From Octopus sinensis (lineage: Eukaryota), in contig NC_042997.1 of NCBI RefSeq assembly GCF_006345805.1, forward strand, positions 160,952,001 through 161,016,000: a DNA stretch of 64,000 nt, read 5' to 3'. How positions within the stretch are numbered: position 1 is the stretch's first letter; each line of letters starts with the position of its first letter. Below, in pieces: positions 50,478 through 64,000 of this stretch. Made by a program: the position numbers and the translations under genes. Below the pieces are notes generated by a model that saw nothing but the letters and a program-made list of their open reading frames with translations, ran no database searches and was not told the DNA's origin.

Positions 50478-50511
<34 letters not shown>

Positions 50512-50531
50512 TGTGTGTATGTATGTATGTA

Positions 50532-50564
<33 letters not shown>

Positions 50565-50666
50565 ATGTATGTATGTATGTATGTATGCATGAATGCATGC
50601 ATGCATGTATGTATGTATGTATGTATGTATGGATGGATGGATGGATGGATATGTATGCATGTATAC
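50420..50666. repeat. Compound (TA)n/(TATG)n/(TG)n/(GGAT)n microsatellite
   Basis: Direct reading. Confidence 0.95.
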
Positions 50667-50975
50667 GTGAAGACGCATGGCTCAGTGGTTAGAGTGTCGG
50701 ACTCACAATCATAAAATTGTGAGTTCGATTCCTGCACCGGGGTCTGTGTTACGTTCTTGAGCGAGAACTTATTTCACGTTGCTCCAGTTCACTCAACTAT
50801 AGAAATAGGTTGCGACGTCACTGGTGCCAAGCTGTATTGGCCTTTGCCTTTCCCTTGGATAACATTGGTGGCGTGAAGAGGAGAGGCTGGTGTGCATGGG
50901 CGACTGCCGATCTTCCATAAACAACCTGGCCCGGACTTGTGATTTGGAAGGAAACTTTCTAGGTGTAATCCCATG
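50667..50975 (+). mobile_element. tRNA-derived SINE, family C
   Basis: Box A TGGCTCAGTGG and box B GTTCGATTCC, followed by a non-tRNA body. Heads also occur at 15080 (-), 39893 and 58990. Confidence 0.85.
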
Positions 50976-51499
50976 CAGAATAATAACAAAGGAGGTTCTT
51001 TATCCTATATGTGTATATATTTATCATGTGATGTTTGTATGTTTAATTACATATTGTCTTTATTATCGTTCCCAAAAGGATTAAAAGTAAACTTGATCTG
51101 AGAAGGATTTGCACTTAAAATGCAGCGAGGCGATACAACACCCCTAAATCAGTGTATATAACGACCGTAATGACACTGCTACACATTCCAAAATGTATAT
51201 ACATATATACATATACATATGTATACAGAACTCAAAAATATATTTTACCAAACTATAAATTAATATGAATTATATTTTATACAACAATGAACTACTAATG
51301 ACGAATGTAAATTATGAATGCGACTGCACATTGAACGGCTTAAACGTCATTAAATTAGACATAGAAGTAAGGCAACCGCAGTCAACTAACCATGACCTTA
51401 CCACGATGACTGGTTTCAGTGCACTGCAGCACACGAAACAAAATTAGATAAGAAAACATTGATGAATAACACATCCCAACTGTAGAGAATTTTTAAATA

Positions 51500-51720
51500 G
51501 AAATAAGGTTTAATGACCGACACCAATGCGTAGCACGGCACTACGTTAAAATAAAGGCACAGATAATAACACTGGCTAGAAACAAAAATTAAATCCGACA
51601 GACAACGTTCAAATTTGACGATAAAAATTTTATACTCTGGCAGTAACGTTCACGTTACCCTGGACTGCCTCTACAAAGAAGCTGTAACACACCAATATGA
51701 CCCGATCCTGAAGATGAGTC
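51500..51720 (+). pseudogene. Possible GIY-YIG C-terminal remnant
   Basis: QCVARHY and LDCLYKEAVTH resemble the final helices of PLE endonucleases. The match is weak. Confidence 0.35.
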
Positions 51721-52314
51721 TACGAAAATTTAGAAGCGTTGATGGTGGATTTAGAAACTTTACCTTTCCAAAATAACTGCCAAAAAAATGTTATAAAAAA
51801 GATCAAACTAGAACATTGTTATATTTCTAAAACAACACACGCATACACACTCACACGCATACACACTCACACGCACGCATGCACACACGCACGCACATAT
51901 ACGCATGCACATAGATACATATATTCATGTATCTACATATACAAAAATAAAAGTACGATGCATACACGAAGTTAACATGCAGATGTTTGTATTACATGAT
52001 AACAGTTACTGTTTCAAATTTAAGAAACTTTCCACGTTCTCTATGCACGATACATACAATATTTGTATCGCTGCTAGAAAATGAAAAGGAGAAAAGTTTC
52101 AAATTAAACAAAGTAAAAGCACTACAAATTCTTGGTCCTTTTATGAGAAATATCTTTGTTTTGTTAAAAGAAGAAAGAAAAATACAGCATTTATAAAGGA
52201 ACATTTGATATATTATCAATATTTTGTACAACCAGATTTATTCTGCTCATGTAGACTATAAACGAAAGGTATTTCATTTGTGATCATTCTGTATTTTCTT
52301 CGGAAACAGTGTGT

Positions 52315-52400
52315 CTAGGACTACATTATCCATTGTGTCTGTTCTGTTTTTAAGAAAAGAGCGTGTGATTTGAAGGAGATTTGGCTAGTATTTCTAGCAA
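52315..52400. mobile_element. Dispersed repeat, unclassified (related copies near 48340-48500 and, inverted, 6690-6780)
   Basis: Shared GGACTACATT...TGTGTC...GTGATTTGA.GGAGATTTGGCT...TTTCTAGCA motif. Confidence 0.6.
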
Positions 52401-53241
52401 ATCGCGCAAGCACGCAACTCAGGTAGTGTATCACCACACTCTTGGTTTAGCTTAACTTCATGCCATTGCCTCATATGACTTATTTTCTTTAGCTTAATGT
52501 TTGAAAATAATTTATATAAGGTTTTATGTTCTTGTTAATTGATACTTTCTTTATCAAGATGAATAGTTTCCAGGGTGATATTTCTGAGTATGAACTTTCT
52601 GAATACACGTGTACTATCTGCCCTATTATATGGCATACTACTAATTTTTAGATTTCTACTAGATGTCGACTATCTCAGATCTTTTATATTCTTCATATAT
52701 TATGTTACAGCAGGCTATGAACCACTGTCTGTCAAAAAGGTATTTGATTATAAATATATACTTGGAGCTTCAGGAATGATAACAGGCGACTTTCAAGTGG
52801 TATTGTCATGTTCATTTATATATATACATGGCTTTATTTTATGTGTATTTGTGTGGAACTATGTTTATGCATGTATACAATTTCAAATCTGTATTTGTGC
52901 ATTGATTCGTGGGCGGTAGAGTGACAGGATCAGTTGAGGATAGATGAAAACAATTGTTTCGGTCCCTTACGTGCTGAGTTCAGATTTGTTTTTCGTCCAT
53001 CCAAGGCCCAAAAGACAAACAAGCAAAAAAAGAAGCAAAGGAGGTACAACGTTTGATTTAATCGAAAACACGCAATCAGCAGTGAAGTTAACGCACAACC
53101 ACAATTCTCCAATGAAGTGACACAGTTCGGAGTACACTACTGTTACATGAATATAATTTGACTGTAAACACACTATAACACAATCTTATATCTCTGCCAA
53201 CTAACAAACACACACACACACACACACACACACAACACACA

Positions 53242-53280
<39 letters not shown>

Positions 53281-53387
53281 ACACACGCACACACACATTT
53301 AGCTACAAGGAGAAAACTCAGATCGCTTCCCGCACAGAGAAGAATAGAGGACTTCGAAGACAAAGGGGTTGGGTGGTGTATACCTAT

Positions 53388-53616
53388 TTCTTTACTACCC
53401 ACAAAGGGCTAAACATAGAAGGGTTAAACAAGGACAGAAAAACGGATTAAGTCGATTATATCGATCCCAGTGCGTAACTGGTACTTATTTAATCGACCCC
53501 AAAAGGATGAAAGGCAAAGTCGACCTCGGCGGAATTTGAACTCAGAACGTAGCGGCAGACGAGATACCGCTAAGCATGTCACCCAGTGAGCTAACATTTC
53601 TACCAGCTCGCCGCAT
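53388..53616 (-). mobile_element. SINE family B, full length with a 19-bp TSD
   Basis: TSD TTGGGTGGTGTATACCTAT at 53369-53387 and 53617-53635. The head has a box B GTTCTGAGTTCAAATTCC on the minus strand. Confidence 0.93.
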
Positions 53617-54258
53617 TTGGGTGGTGTATACCTATCGCCATTTGGTGTATTACGGTGGATAACACATTTTCATAGAGAAACTATCGTAAAACTATAATTT
53701 GTTTTTGTTAGCAAGTTCATTAACCTGCTTCGATAGCAATTTTAAGCTGATGAGAAGAGGGTGATGACTAGAAGTTGTAGGAAATTATTCCAGATAAGGG
53801 CACACATTGTTGGATCCGAAAATGTGGCCTATGTTCTAGAGTTAAGAGAAAAGTGTACATATTGTTGGGATAGGCGAAGGAGGAGCATATTGTAAAACTA
53901 GCGTAGAGCGCTGAATTCCATATCACCACCTCTGAGTATACATGATATCTAAAAATGTGGTATACGAAAAATGAAAAAAAAAAAGAAAACAGAAGTAGCT
54001 AGCTAGTAGAAAATAAAAGCCCAAGATAAAGAGACGTCCCAAAAATGATTTCAAAAACCCAAGGAAAAATAATATGGCAAAATATGGAATGAGTTGTGAT
54101 GACAACGTGGTTTAATCATTCGGTATATATATACACATATATGCCTCTGTGTGTGTGTGTACATATGTATATATCTATATATGCGTATACGTAGATATGG
54201 AACAATAAGAATGAGTACTCAGCAAAGCATCGGTGGATAGAGATTCTTTGTTTGTCTA

Positions 54259-54430
54259 TTAAGGCTACCATTGGTTTCATGCTTAGGAATACTTCATCAG
54301 TTATCAATACTATCACATGGAACATTGGTGTTCGTCTCCATTCTGGACTGGAGACAAACACTGATGCTTGATGCGATAGGCATCATAGTTGTTGAGGTAA
54401 TCCCTAGCATGACACCGATGGTAGCCTTAA
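54259..54430. repeat. Imperfect ~82-bp-arm hairpin
   Basis: Outer stem TTAAGGCTACCATTGG / CCGATGGTAGCCTTAA and inner stem GTCTCCA / TGGAGAC. Confidence 0.8.
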
Positions 54431-54452
54431 CACACAAATGTATATATGTATG

Positions 54453-54485
<33 letters not shown>

Positions 54486-54792
54486 ATACGTATGTATGTA
54501 TATATAGAGAGAAAAGGAGGGGAGAGAGAAAGAGGAGGAGAGACAGAAAGAGAGTGATAGACACAGAGTGAGGGAGGAAGAGAGAGACAGAGAAGAGAGT
54601 TGATTATGGATTCGCGTTGCTCTGATTTGCAACGAAGCGAAAATCTGATCCATTCTGTTGAAGAGTATGGAATAACACTTACTTAAAGCAGACTCTGCTT
54701 AAGTTTCTTCTTGGAGTTTTCTCTAAAACCAAGAAATTCCGAGTAGCCATTCTTTTAGACTCAGCATCAAGTGTTTTATATATATATATACG

Positions 54793-54823
<31 letters not shown>

Positions 54824-54949
54824 TATATATATATGCACACATACATGACTATATATAAATTCATGCATACACACACACGCACACGCACGCACATACACAC
54901 ACGCACACACGCACACAAACACACACACAAATACATGCACACACACACA

Positions 54950-55190
54950 TATATAGGAGCAGGTGCTGCTATGAGGTAAGAAGCTGGCTTCCAGGCTGCA
55001 TGTTTTCGGGTTCACTTTAGGCAACAGTCTTCTACTATAGCCTCTGGCCGACCAAGGCCTTGTGAATGGATTTGGTAGACAGAAATTGAAAGAAGCCCGT
55101 TGTATATATATATACATACATACATACATATAGGCAAATGGCGGTGCCCCAGCATGGCCACAGCTCAAGAGCTGAAACTGGAAAACATAA
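54950..55190 (+). mobile_element. SINE family A, internally deleted
   Basis: Head and body are joined via (TA)n to the tail GGCGGTGCCCCAGCATGGCC. Confidence 0.82.
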
Positions 55191-55260
55191 ACATAATACA
55201 TACATATATATATTATATATATATATATATAATATATATATATATATTATATACATATAT

Positions 55261-55462
55261 ATTACCCACAAGGAGCTAAACATAGAGGGGACAAACAAGG
55301 ACAGACAAACGGATTAAGTCGATTACATCGACCCCAGTGCGTAACTGGTACTTAATTTATCGACCCCGAAAGGATGAAAGGCAAAGTCGACCTCGGCGGA
55401 ATTTGAATCCAGAACGTAACGGCAGACGAAATACAGCTACGCATTTCGCCCGGCGTGCTAAC
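55261..55462 (-). mobile_element. SINE family B
   Basis: High similarity to 53388 and 56197. Confidence 0.9.
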
Positions 55463-55495
<33 letters not shown>

Positions 55496-55612
55496 GAGCT
55501 GGTATGTGTGCGTGTGCGCGAGCGTAAATACACGCTCATACACACACACGTACACGCATATATGTATACACACACACACACATATATGTATGTATGTATG
55601 TATGTATATATA

Positions 55613-55651
<39 letters not shown>

Positions 55652-56179
55652 GAGAGGCAGAGGTAGGAAGAGAGAGTAGGAGAAAGATAGATAGATAAAT
55701 AGATAGATAGATAGATAGATAGATACATACATACATACATACATACATACATACATACATGCATACATACATACATACATACATACATAGAGAGAGAGAG
55801 AGTGTGAGGTAGGATAATTGCCAGAGTTACAACAGAGCGTATGTTTTAACTTAATAAATATTTTAAGGAGTCACATCCACATGCCGTTAGTCATGTTTTT
55901 TAGTATTGTATTGCTGTATTAATAAACGTTAAGAGCATCTTGACGATCTGTCAGAGAATAATGCAACCGTTTTAATATTTTCGCTGATTTGTTCGGAGGG
56001 GTAGTAAACACAAGGAACCGCAGAAATTTTCAAACGCTGGATGGAAATACGCGATTTACATCCTTGACTGTTTCACTATATGCCGACAACGTAGCGTATG
56101 TAGCTTAGGTGGTATTAAAAGCCACAAGAAGGCATTGTGCTTATAGTGAAAGTACTACTACTACTACTACTATTGATTG

Positions 56180-56952
56180 TGAGAGCACTGCATGCCTATT
56201 TCTTTACTACCCACAAGGGGCTAAACACGGAGGGGACAAACAAGGACAGACAAACAGATTAAGTCGATTACATCGACCCCAGTACGTAACTGGTATTTAT
56301 TTAATCGACCCCGAAAGGATGAAAGGCAAAGTCAACCTCGGCGAAATTTGAACTCAGAAAGTAACGGCAGGCGAAATACGGCTACGCATTTCGCCCGGCG
56401 TGCTAATGTTTCTTCCAGCTCGCCGCCAGCTCGCAGTGCCTGCCATCAAAGCGACACTGGGGTAAAATATACGAAGTCCAGTATACCCATCATGACTACC
56501 CGTCTGATAAGGGTACACCAGACACGTATCACAACCATATGTGCACTACATGGTGATCTCATTACAAGATAAACAGCGCATGACCTTTCAAGTGGGGCCC
56601 ATGTAGAGTTTTCTGCAGGTCGAGTATCCCTCTCAAAAGGTCCCTGTGTAAGGGTTGCTTAATGATGCTGAACGAATCAACCATGTTTCCAGATGTGAAT
56701 TATTCAAACACCAAAGAATTCTTCTCACCATATAGCCATGATGTTCCCCAACTGCCTCTGCTCAAGATCAGAGATGCACATATCGTCAGCCACCATGGGG
56801 CATGTACAACTGGTTTAGATCAAACAACTGACAAGCAAATCTGTGATAATGAGCAGATTATTTGCTGTAGCCCATCTTTTATTCCAAGACAAAATAATGT
56901 ACACTTCCAATCAGTTAAGATCAGAAGTCATGAGAACCACTGCCTGGAACTA
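56180..56952 (-). mobile_element. 540-bp TAA-associated element (copy 2), interrupted by a SINE
   Basis: Reverse complement of 3814-4355, with an (ATT)n array at 56955-57030. Confidence 0.8.
56197..56432 (-). mobile_element. SINE family B nested in the TAA-associated element
   Basis: Imperfect 12-bp TSD GCACTGCATGCC (56185) / GCAGTGCCTGCC (56433). Confidence 0.9.
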
Positions 56953-56959
56953 TTATAAA

Positions 56960-57031
<72 letters not shown>

Positions 57032-58537
57032 TTTATTAATGTGGTGAGCTGGCAGAATCGTTACCGCACTGGAAAAATTTTTCAATGTGATCATTGTCCT
57101 CTTGTGCAATGTTATAGACGAGCTTGCGGATATTGACATTTAGATAGACACCCCTAGGATTTGTTTGAAAATTTCAGTCAATACAACTTAAAACAATGCC
57201 GACTAAGAAATTGAATATTCCTGTTCAAGGTGTTGTGCTGAGAAATCTGCACTCATTAAATATCTTGGGCATATAATTCTTCCATAATGCTAAACATCCA
57301 CCTTCGTCTTATAAATATTGTATTTCATCTGAATTCCAAAATACCTTAAATGTGTGGAGAATCTTGTAACAATTACAATTTTGGGATGTTACTGCGATCG
57401 AAAATTTTAAAAATCTATTTTATGTAACATTGTTTCCTGGAAAAATCAGTGGAAAGTATTTAAAAGCATGAGAAATGCAAAACCTGTTAAGCACAAACAA
57501 GATATATCCGAATGAGATCGTCTCAATTAGGCTTTCATTTTTATTAGTGAGCAATTTTAAATATCAAACAAAGTCTCTATTATTGAGGACGGTAAAATTT
57601 ATGTAAAATATACCGTCTGCATTACACGGAAAATGGTTTGTTTTCCAAAAAAAAAAAAAAAAAAAAATCGTAAAACATTTTCACACATGACAGCTGGAAG
57701 AGATTGAAATACAATTTAGATTTTTCTGTCCGACGAATACAAGATGCAATGCAAACTATTAAAGAGATTATGTTCTTACTGAATGCCATTTACAATTAGA
57801 GACGATCTAAGAATACGATGCATTCAATAGAGATAGGAATGATGATGATGATGATGACGACGACGACGACGACGACAACCACCACTACCATCATCATCAT
57901 CATCATCATCAACTACAACAACAACAGCAGCAAAATTTGCCGAAAATACAATTCAAATTTTACACTTTGTTTCGCAACCACATTGTTTCGGTTTCATTCT
58001 TGCAGCGGACTCTCCGGACAGGAGTCTTCGACTGTAATTCCAGAAACTGTGAAGATTTGTTTACGACTCCGCATCATAGTGATTCGGTAAAAAGCAACAG
58101 TGGGAATAATTACCACGCATAAAATAAGTATTGGAATCGATTGGATCAAAAATACACTTCAAGGTGGTACCCCAGTATCGCTGCTTTCGAATGAATGAAA
58201 GAAGTAAAGGAATACAATAATAAAAGTAATATAATATTGCACGTATCATAAGATATGACAAAAATTGCACACACACAGACATATTTGTCTTCCGCTAGGT
58301 TTCTCACCACGAAATTTATCTCATAGAATGCTAGATAACTCTAAGCTATAACAAACAACATTTCTCCAAAGTACTGTTCAAAAGAATGAAATTTTCAGAG
58401 TAGACAAAAAATTATTCAAATTTGTTTACCTCATCAGAATATTGTTTAGATTCATGATCATTCAGTATTAGGTAATAATACAGTAATTGGTATGTAACAA
58501 TTTAATAATATTACCAAATATTATATATTTCGAGATA

Positions 58538-58956
58538 GGCGCAGGAGTGGCTGTGTGGTAAGTAGCTTGCTTACCAACTATGGTCCTGGGTTCGGTCCCA
58601 CTGCGTGGCACCTTGGGCAAGTGTCTTCTACTATAGCCTCGGGCCGACTAAAGCCTTGTGAGTGGATTTGGTAGACGGAAACTGAAAGAAGCCCGTCGTA
58701 TATATGTATATATATATATATATTATGTGTGTATTTATGTTTGTGTGTCTGTGTTTGTCTCCCCAACATCGCTTGACAACCGATGCTGGTGTTTCTATGA
58801 CCCCGTAACTTAGCGGTTCGGCAAAAGAGACCGATAGAATAAGTACTAGGCTTAGAAAGAATAAGTCCTGGGTCAATTTTCTCGACTAAAGGCGGTGCTC
58901 CAGCATGGCCGCAGTTAAATGACTGAAACAAGTAAAAGAGTAAAAGTGTAAAAGAA
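58538..58956 (+). mobile_element. SINE family A, full-length reference copy
   Basis: Box A TGGCTGTGTGG, box B GGTTCGGTCCC, body, internal microsatellite and an (AGTAAA-like)n tail. Confidence 0.92.
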
Positions 58957-59827
58957 TAAAACAGCTGCTGTTATCTCAATTGCAGATAGAATAGGGGCAG
59001 TGACTCGATTTGGTATCCTCAGGTGTCGAACTTGCGACATTACGATCGTAAGGTCGTGAGTTAGATACCTGATGGTGTGTTATGCCCTTGATCAGGACAC
59101 TTTATTTCACGTTACCCCAGTCCACTCAGCTGGCAAAAATGTGTAGTATTTCAAAGAAGAATATTGTGTGAAAAGTTGAGAATCGTAATTAAAGTATTAA
59201 AATGTTTTCTTATTAGCCTTGAAGAGCTGAAATGCTATATTTCACAACCAATACCAGAAGGTTTAGATTTATAAATTTACAGAACCATTAAACAACTCTA
59301 TGGGTTTCGTTCATCTTTAATCGAAGAGAAGAAAGACATTTGTATAAATATGTAAGACAATTTACTTCCGTATTATTCATTGATAAAACATTTATTTACT
59401 TTAAATCCTATCATTATAATCGAAAGCATCAAGGGATATCTTTCGTCATTGTATTATTTCCAATTATTTTTATTTGGAACATACACGGAATATAAAATAA
59501 CGAAGCTATCCAAAATGATTTTCTATTATACAGGAGACTCACTTTGAACGTGACTAGAACAACAAAGTAACATATATAATTTACTGAATAAAATAATCAA
59601 CAAACCTTGATGGTAAAGGATTGCATTATTTCATATTGTTAATTTATATTAATCCAACGTCTTTTTCCTTGTCAAGAGAAATGTGAGTGAAATCAGTTGC
59701 ATATAGTTTGATTCTAATTATTTTGACAATCACCTTATTTGTGTGCAAAATTCACAATCAATTACTCATATATCGCCATACACACATAGGTATGCATGTA
59801 TTTTCTTTATCTTGATAACATGCGTAT

Positions 59828-59890
<63 letters not shown>

Positions 59891-59991
59891 TATATATATA
59901 TAAAGTTAATCCAAACACGAAAAAACACAACTCGAGGGCGTGGAACAAGTATAGTATTATTGGACGCTCGGGAAAGAAGGAAAGAAGAAGG

Positions 59992-60026
59992 GCTTAACGT
60001 TTCGAGCGGAGCACTTCGTCAGAAAC
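59992..60026 (-). ncRNA. Minimal hammerhead ribozyme in a PLE-like terminal repeat (59905-60090)
   Basis: Reverse complement reads GTTT-CTGACGA-A-GTGC-TCC-GCTC-GAAA-CG-TT-AAGC, with one stem II mismatch. A partial flank copy lies at 61293-61372. Confidence 0.75.
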
Positions 60027-60094
60027 ATAGGAAGAGGAAAGATCCAAAGAAGGGAAGGCGGAGGAAAAAATCGCCAACAGTACACACGTGGTCA

Positions 60095-60400
60095 CAATAT
60101 CACTGTGACCTACCAGGCTATCAGATGTTGCTACACATCGCTGGTCAAAATGCGCTTCGCATTGTTTTAGCCTTCAAATGATGCCGACCCGCTGGCTAAG
60201 CGACCAGGCCAACAGAAGAAAGAGTGAGAGAAAGTTGTGGTGAAAGAGTACAGCAGGGATCGCCACCACCTCCTGCCGGAGCTTCGTGGAGCTTTTAGGT
60301 GTTTTCCCTCAATAAATACTCACAACGCCCGGTCTGGGAATCGAAACCGCGATCCTACGACCGCGAGTTTGGTGCCCTAACCACTGGGCCATGACGCCTC
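60095..60400 (-). mobile_element. tRNA-derived SINE (family C-related head, different body)
   Basis: Reverse complement reads GAGGCGTCATGGCCCAGTGGTTAGG...GGTTTCGATTCCCAGACCGGGCG. Confidence 0.8.
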
Positions 60401-60556
60401 CTGAGTGCCTCGTTGCCGGTTGATGTTATTTTCTCGTTCAATATTTTGGATTTTGTTCCGGCCTCTGGAGCATCACTGTTTCTATAGTTTTACATAACTG
60501 GTTGAGGGTTTGGATAAATACCGTTTCTTCCGTTTTTCTTCCTTCCTCAAGCGTTT

Positions 60557-60589
<33 letters not shown>

Positions 60590-60591
<2 letters not shown>

Positions 60592-61110
60592 ACGGAATAG
60601 AACGTGCCAAAGCAATAGATATACAAAAACTACGATAAACGAAAAACACACCAGATACATTCAATACTCTAACCTTTATTAAACATACAACCCAAGAAAC
60701 AGAGGTTTACTATATTGTCCACCAGAACATCTCACTACTAAAACAAGACCCAAGAATGAAACAAGCATTCAAAATACACAAAATAATCAAAAGTTAGAGA
60801 CAATGAAAGTCACTCTAAAAATTCCTCACAGGTGCTAAATTACCTTCCACAATTCCTACACCAACAGTCAAAAAGTGTGGCCGCCCCAATTGCTGGATTT
60901 CCATCAACCTTATTGAAGACATAACATACAAATTCAAACCAGGACAGACTTTTACCGTAAAAATTAACTTCACATGTTCTTCAAAGAATTTAATATACGC
61001 TATCAAATGTCAAGGATGTAATGAAGATTACATAAGTCAAAGCTTACTCTAAGAAATAGACTGACCATTTATTGACAACAAATACGAGACTCCCATATCT
61101 GCCTTCTTTT
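60590..61110 (+). pseudogene. PLE remnant (RT end, linker, GIY-YIG start)
   Basis: GIERAKAIDIQKLR, TYNPRN, KCGRPNCW, FTCSSKNLIYAIKCQGCNEDYISQ and QQIRD. Confidence 0.82.
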
Positions 61111-61255
61111 TAGGCTCAAAATGTACTGTCACGTCACACTAACACATGCACGTAGCAGGAACAAAACAAAAGGTTATAACATTCAGGCCATTGACTGATT
61201 TGGACGTTTTCAGTCAACCGTGTCAGCCTCAACTTATGACACCAAACATCATCAC

Positions 61256-61298
<43 letters not shown>

Positions 61299-61371
61299 AT
61301 CCAAACATGAAAACACAAAGAGAAAACACAACAACGCGGGGACATGGAACAAGTATAGTGTTATTGGATGG

Positions 61372-61413
<42 letters not shown>

Positions 61414-61508
61414 GTGTGTGTGTATGTATGTACGTACTTAAAAGTAAAGTAGATAGTTCTAAAGTCTCTATAAGAGATGCAAGTAGTAACAATACTGAAA
61501 AGTAATAC

Positions 61509-61900
61509 TTGTTGCAACTTCAACATGACTGTTCCGCACGGAACTACGTTACTACCATTTTTTAAATCCCAGGAGGACATCTCCTCCACCTGGTTCTCGA
61601 CACAACCTGTGTCCGACATACAGCGGTAAGGGCAGTGAACCCCTAACATCAAGCGGTGACAAGACCAGTATACCAACTTAGTTTCTGGGTATTTCCCTTT
61701 GTCAGTACTGGACCCCTATCTGTTAGACATGGCAGTCGTTCGTCCTAGCTCGCACCATATAGAAGTTGGTTTTCGGTCCCCTGATCGAAATATATCGAAC
61801 ACAAGTTGTGGTGTTAACCAGCTAGAAGTGATGTCCTCTTGGGGTTAAAAAATGTAGTAACGTAGTTCCGTACGGAACAGCCATGTTGACGTGGCAACAA
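61509..61900. mobile_element. MITE with ~72-bp TIRs, unclassified
   Basis: TTGTTGCAACTTCAACATGACTGTTCCGCACGGAACTACGTTACTAC is mirrored at 61830-61900. Confidence 0.85.
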
Positions 61901-62045
61901 ACATGTATGTGTGCGAGTGTGTGTGTGTGTATGACAGATACAACATATATATGTGTGTGTGATAGATATAACATATATATATGTGTGTGTGTGTGTATGC
62001 ATAATACAAACACATAAATATATATTTATGTTTGTATATATAAAT

Positions 62046-62129
<84 letters not shown>

Positions 62130-62498
62130 AAAATAAATGTATTATAGTAATAGGCGCCTTTCTTTACTATGCAAGTCTATACTGTTGATAAATATTTGCC
62201 GTTCGCCATTCCAATTTCAAAGAAATACCTACTTGTCTATTCTGGGGTCAATATAGTCGATGCTGGCCTCCTCAAAAATGCATGAGCTTCTGTCTATTCA
62301 AAAATAAATTCGCTATTTCATTGATATTAAAAGTTTTAAGGTCGAATAAACAATATTTGAAAAGCGGAATGATACAGGTGGCCCATATAGGGAAAGAAAC
62401 AATATTCAGTAAATAGAAGTGGAATCAATTGCACAGTGTATAGGTATATAGGGAAATACTAAAGTGCAGAGGTTGAACAATATTAAAACCAACATTAA

Positions 62499-62700
62499 GG
62501 CTGCAAGGTGGTAGAATCGTTAACACGGTGGGCAAAATGCTTAGCGGCATTTCGTCCGTCTTTACGTTCTGAGTTCAAATTCCACCGAGGTCGACTTCAC
62601 CATTTATCCTTTCTGGGTCGATAAATTAAGTACCAGTTGATCACTGGGGCTGATGTAACCGACTCACCCCCACCCTCGAAATCGATGGCATTGTGCTTTG
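62499..62700 (+). mobile_element. SINE family B
   Basis: GTTCTGAGTTCAAATTCCACCGAGGTCGAC...GGGTCGATAAATTAAGTACCAG. Confidence 0.88.
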
Positions 62701-62753
62701 GAAGCAGTATTAAAAACAACATATTAAAAATAAAACCACATGAAAAACGTTTC

Positions 62754-63166
<413 letters not shown>

Positions 63167-63517
63167 GTGAAATTTGATTTAGTATTCCTAAATTGAATTT
63201 TTTTTCCTTGTAAGTTGGATTTTATTCCCTCAAATAATAATTTATATATATATATATAAAGTATTTGAACAAATCACATTCTAAAATAAAAAGAAAACAA
63301 TCTGATAAAACTGGTAATGGTCTAAGTCGGTAAAATTATACTGTGAAGATAGTCAGTGCGGATAAATTCGAAAACCATGAAGAGATTAGTATACTCATAT
63401 TGCAGAGCTGGCCTCTCGTCTGAAATAGGATCAAAGCATGATAAAACTAAAGAAAAAAATAGAAATACGTTTCGACACATTATTGAATTTGTGCCTGGGT
63501 TCAGCGAAGATTATATA

Positions 63518-63909
63518 TCTTTATATATAAAAGTCAAGTTGTGTGTCTGTCTCCTACGATTTAGATTCCTAACTACTCCCACATTTTGCGGTGCAGTTTA
63601 ACCAAAACCGGGTATCTTATAGTCGTGATTCATATCGAGCCCTTCTGGGTATTAGTGCGCATCTACGATGAGTCTACGATTTAAAAAAAAAATTACCATC
63701 ATTTTTTCCATTTTAATGCATTTTTTCGCTATTATATAAGGGAAGTAACTCTCTAAAAATCTCTACGATGAGTCAATGATTTAAAAAAAAAATTACTATC
63801 ATTTTTTTTCCATTTTTAATGCATTTGTTTTGCTATCTTTTGACTCTCTAAAAATACTTATATAGTTATTTCCCTTACAAACCCGAGCAACGCCGGGCGA
63901 TACTGCTAG
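63518..63909 (+). mobile_element. Non-autonomous Helitron (copy 2)
   Basis: A|TC start, CCCGAGCAACGCCGGG hairpin and CTAG|T end. Confidence 0.88.
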
Positions 63910-64000
63910 TTATATTATATACACGAATCGTAGTTTTGTGTCTGAAGCCGGTATAAATTACATTGCTTCAGAATAGGTTTCAGTTGTCCAAACTTTAAGG

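Noticed and set aside
50667-50740. SINE heads as tRNA genes
   Set aside because: Boxes A and B are present, but there is no full cloverleaf and each continues into a repeated body.
51700-51740. HHR after the possible GIY-YIG remnant
   Set aside because: CTGAAGA and GAAA are present, but stems I and II have at most 2 pairs.
52575-52919. Hydrophobic 114-aa ORF as a membrane protein exon
   Set aside because: The composition is explained by T-rich sequence. There is no family motif or convincing splice context.
58385-58445. HHR-like motif on the minus strand (CTGATGA 58431-58437, GAAA 58393-58396)
   Set aside because: Stem II is plausible but stem I does not pair, so it could be chance in AT-rich DNA.

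Overview
AT-rich, microsatellite-dense eukaryotic intergenic or intronic DNA. The repeat families look like octopus (coleoid cephalopod) repeats, but this is inference from recall, not a database match. I recognise no host protein-coding exon, and most ORFs in the track are translations of simple repeats. The window is a transposon graveyard. It holds two R4/Dong retrotransposon fragments next to (TAA)n arrays, a young 5'-truncated CR1-group LINE, and four to five Penelope-like element (PLE) remnants, one Naiad-like with RT and GIY-YIG. It also holds two decayed mariners plus mariner, hAT and unclassified MITEs, Helitron Rep and helicase fragments, two non-autonomous Helitrons, three tRNA-derived SINE families, and a tRNA-His pseudogene. 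The main unexplained signal is about a dozen hammerhead ribozyme (HHR) motifs from several unrelated repeat families. These include (i) a 166-bp-arm near-perfect palindrome with an intact HHR on each strand, (ii) a foldback element whose HHR has two alternative CUGANGA cores sharing one GAAA and one cleavage site, (iii) a family whose stem II insert varies from ~20 to ~100 nt, and (iv) a possible permuted (type II-like) HHR in an 850-bp tandem unit. Also notable are a foldback element with a telomere-like G-rich core and three unrelated palindromes with ~162-166-bp arms. All structures were folded by eye and none is computationally or experimentally verified.
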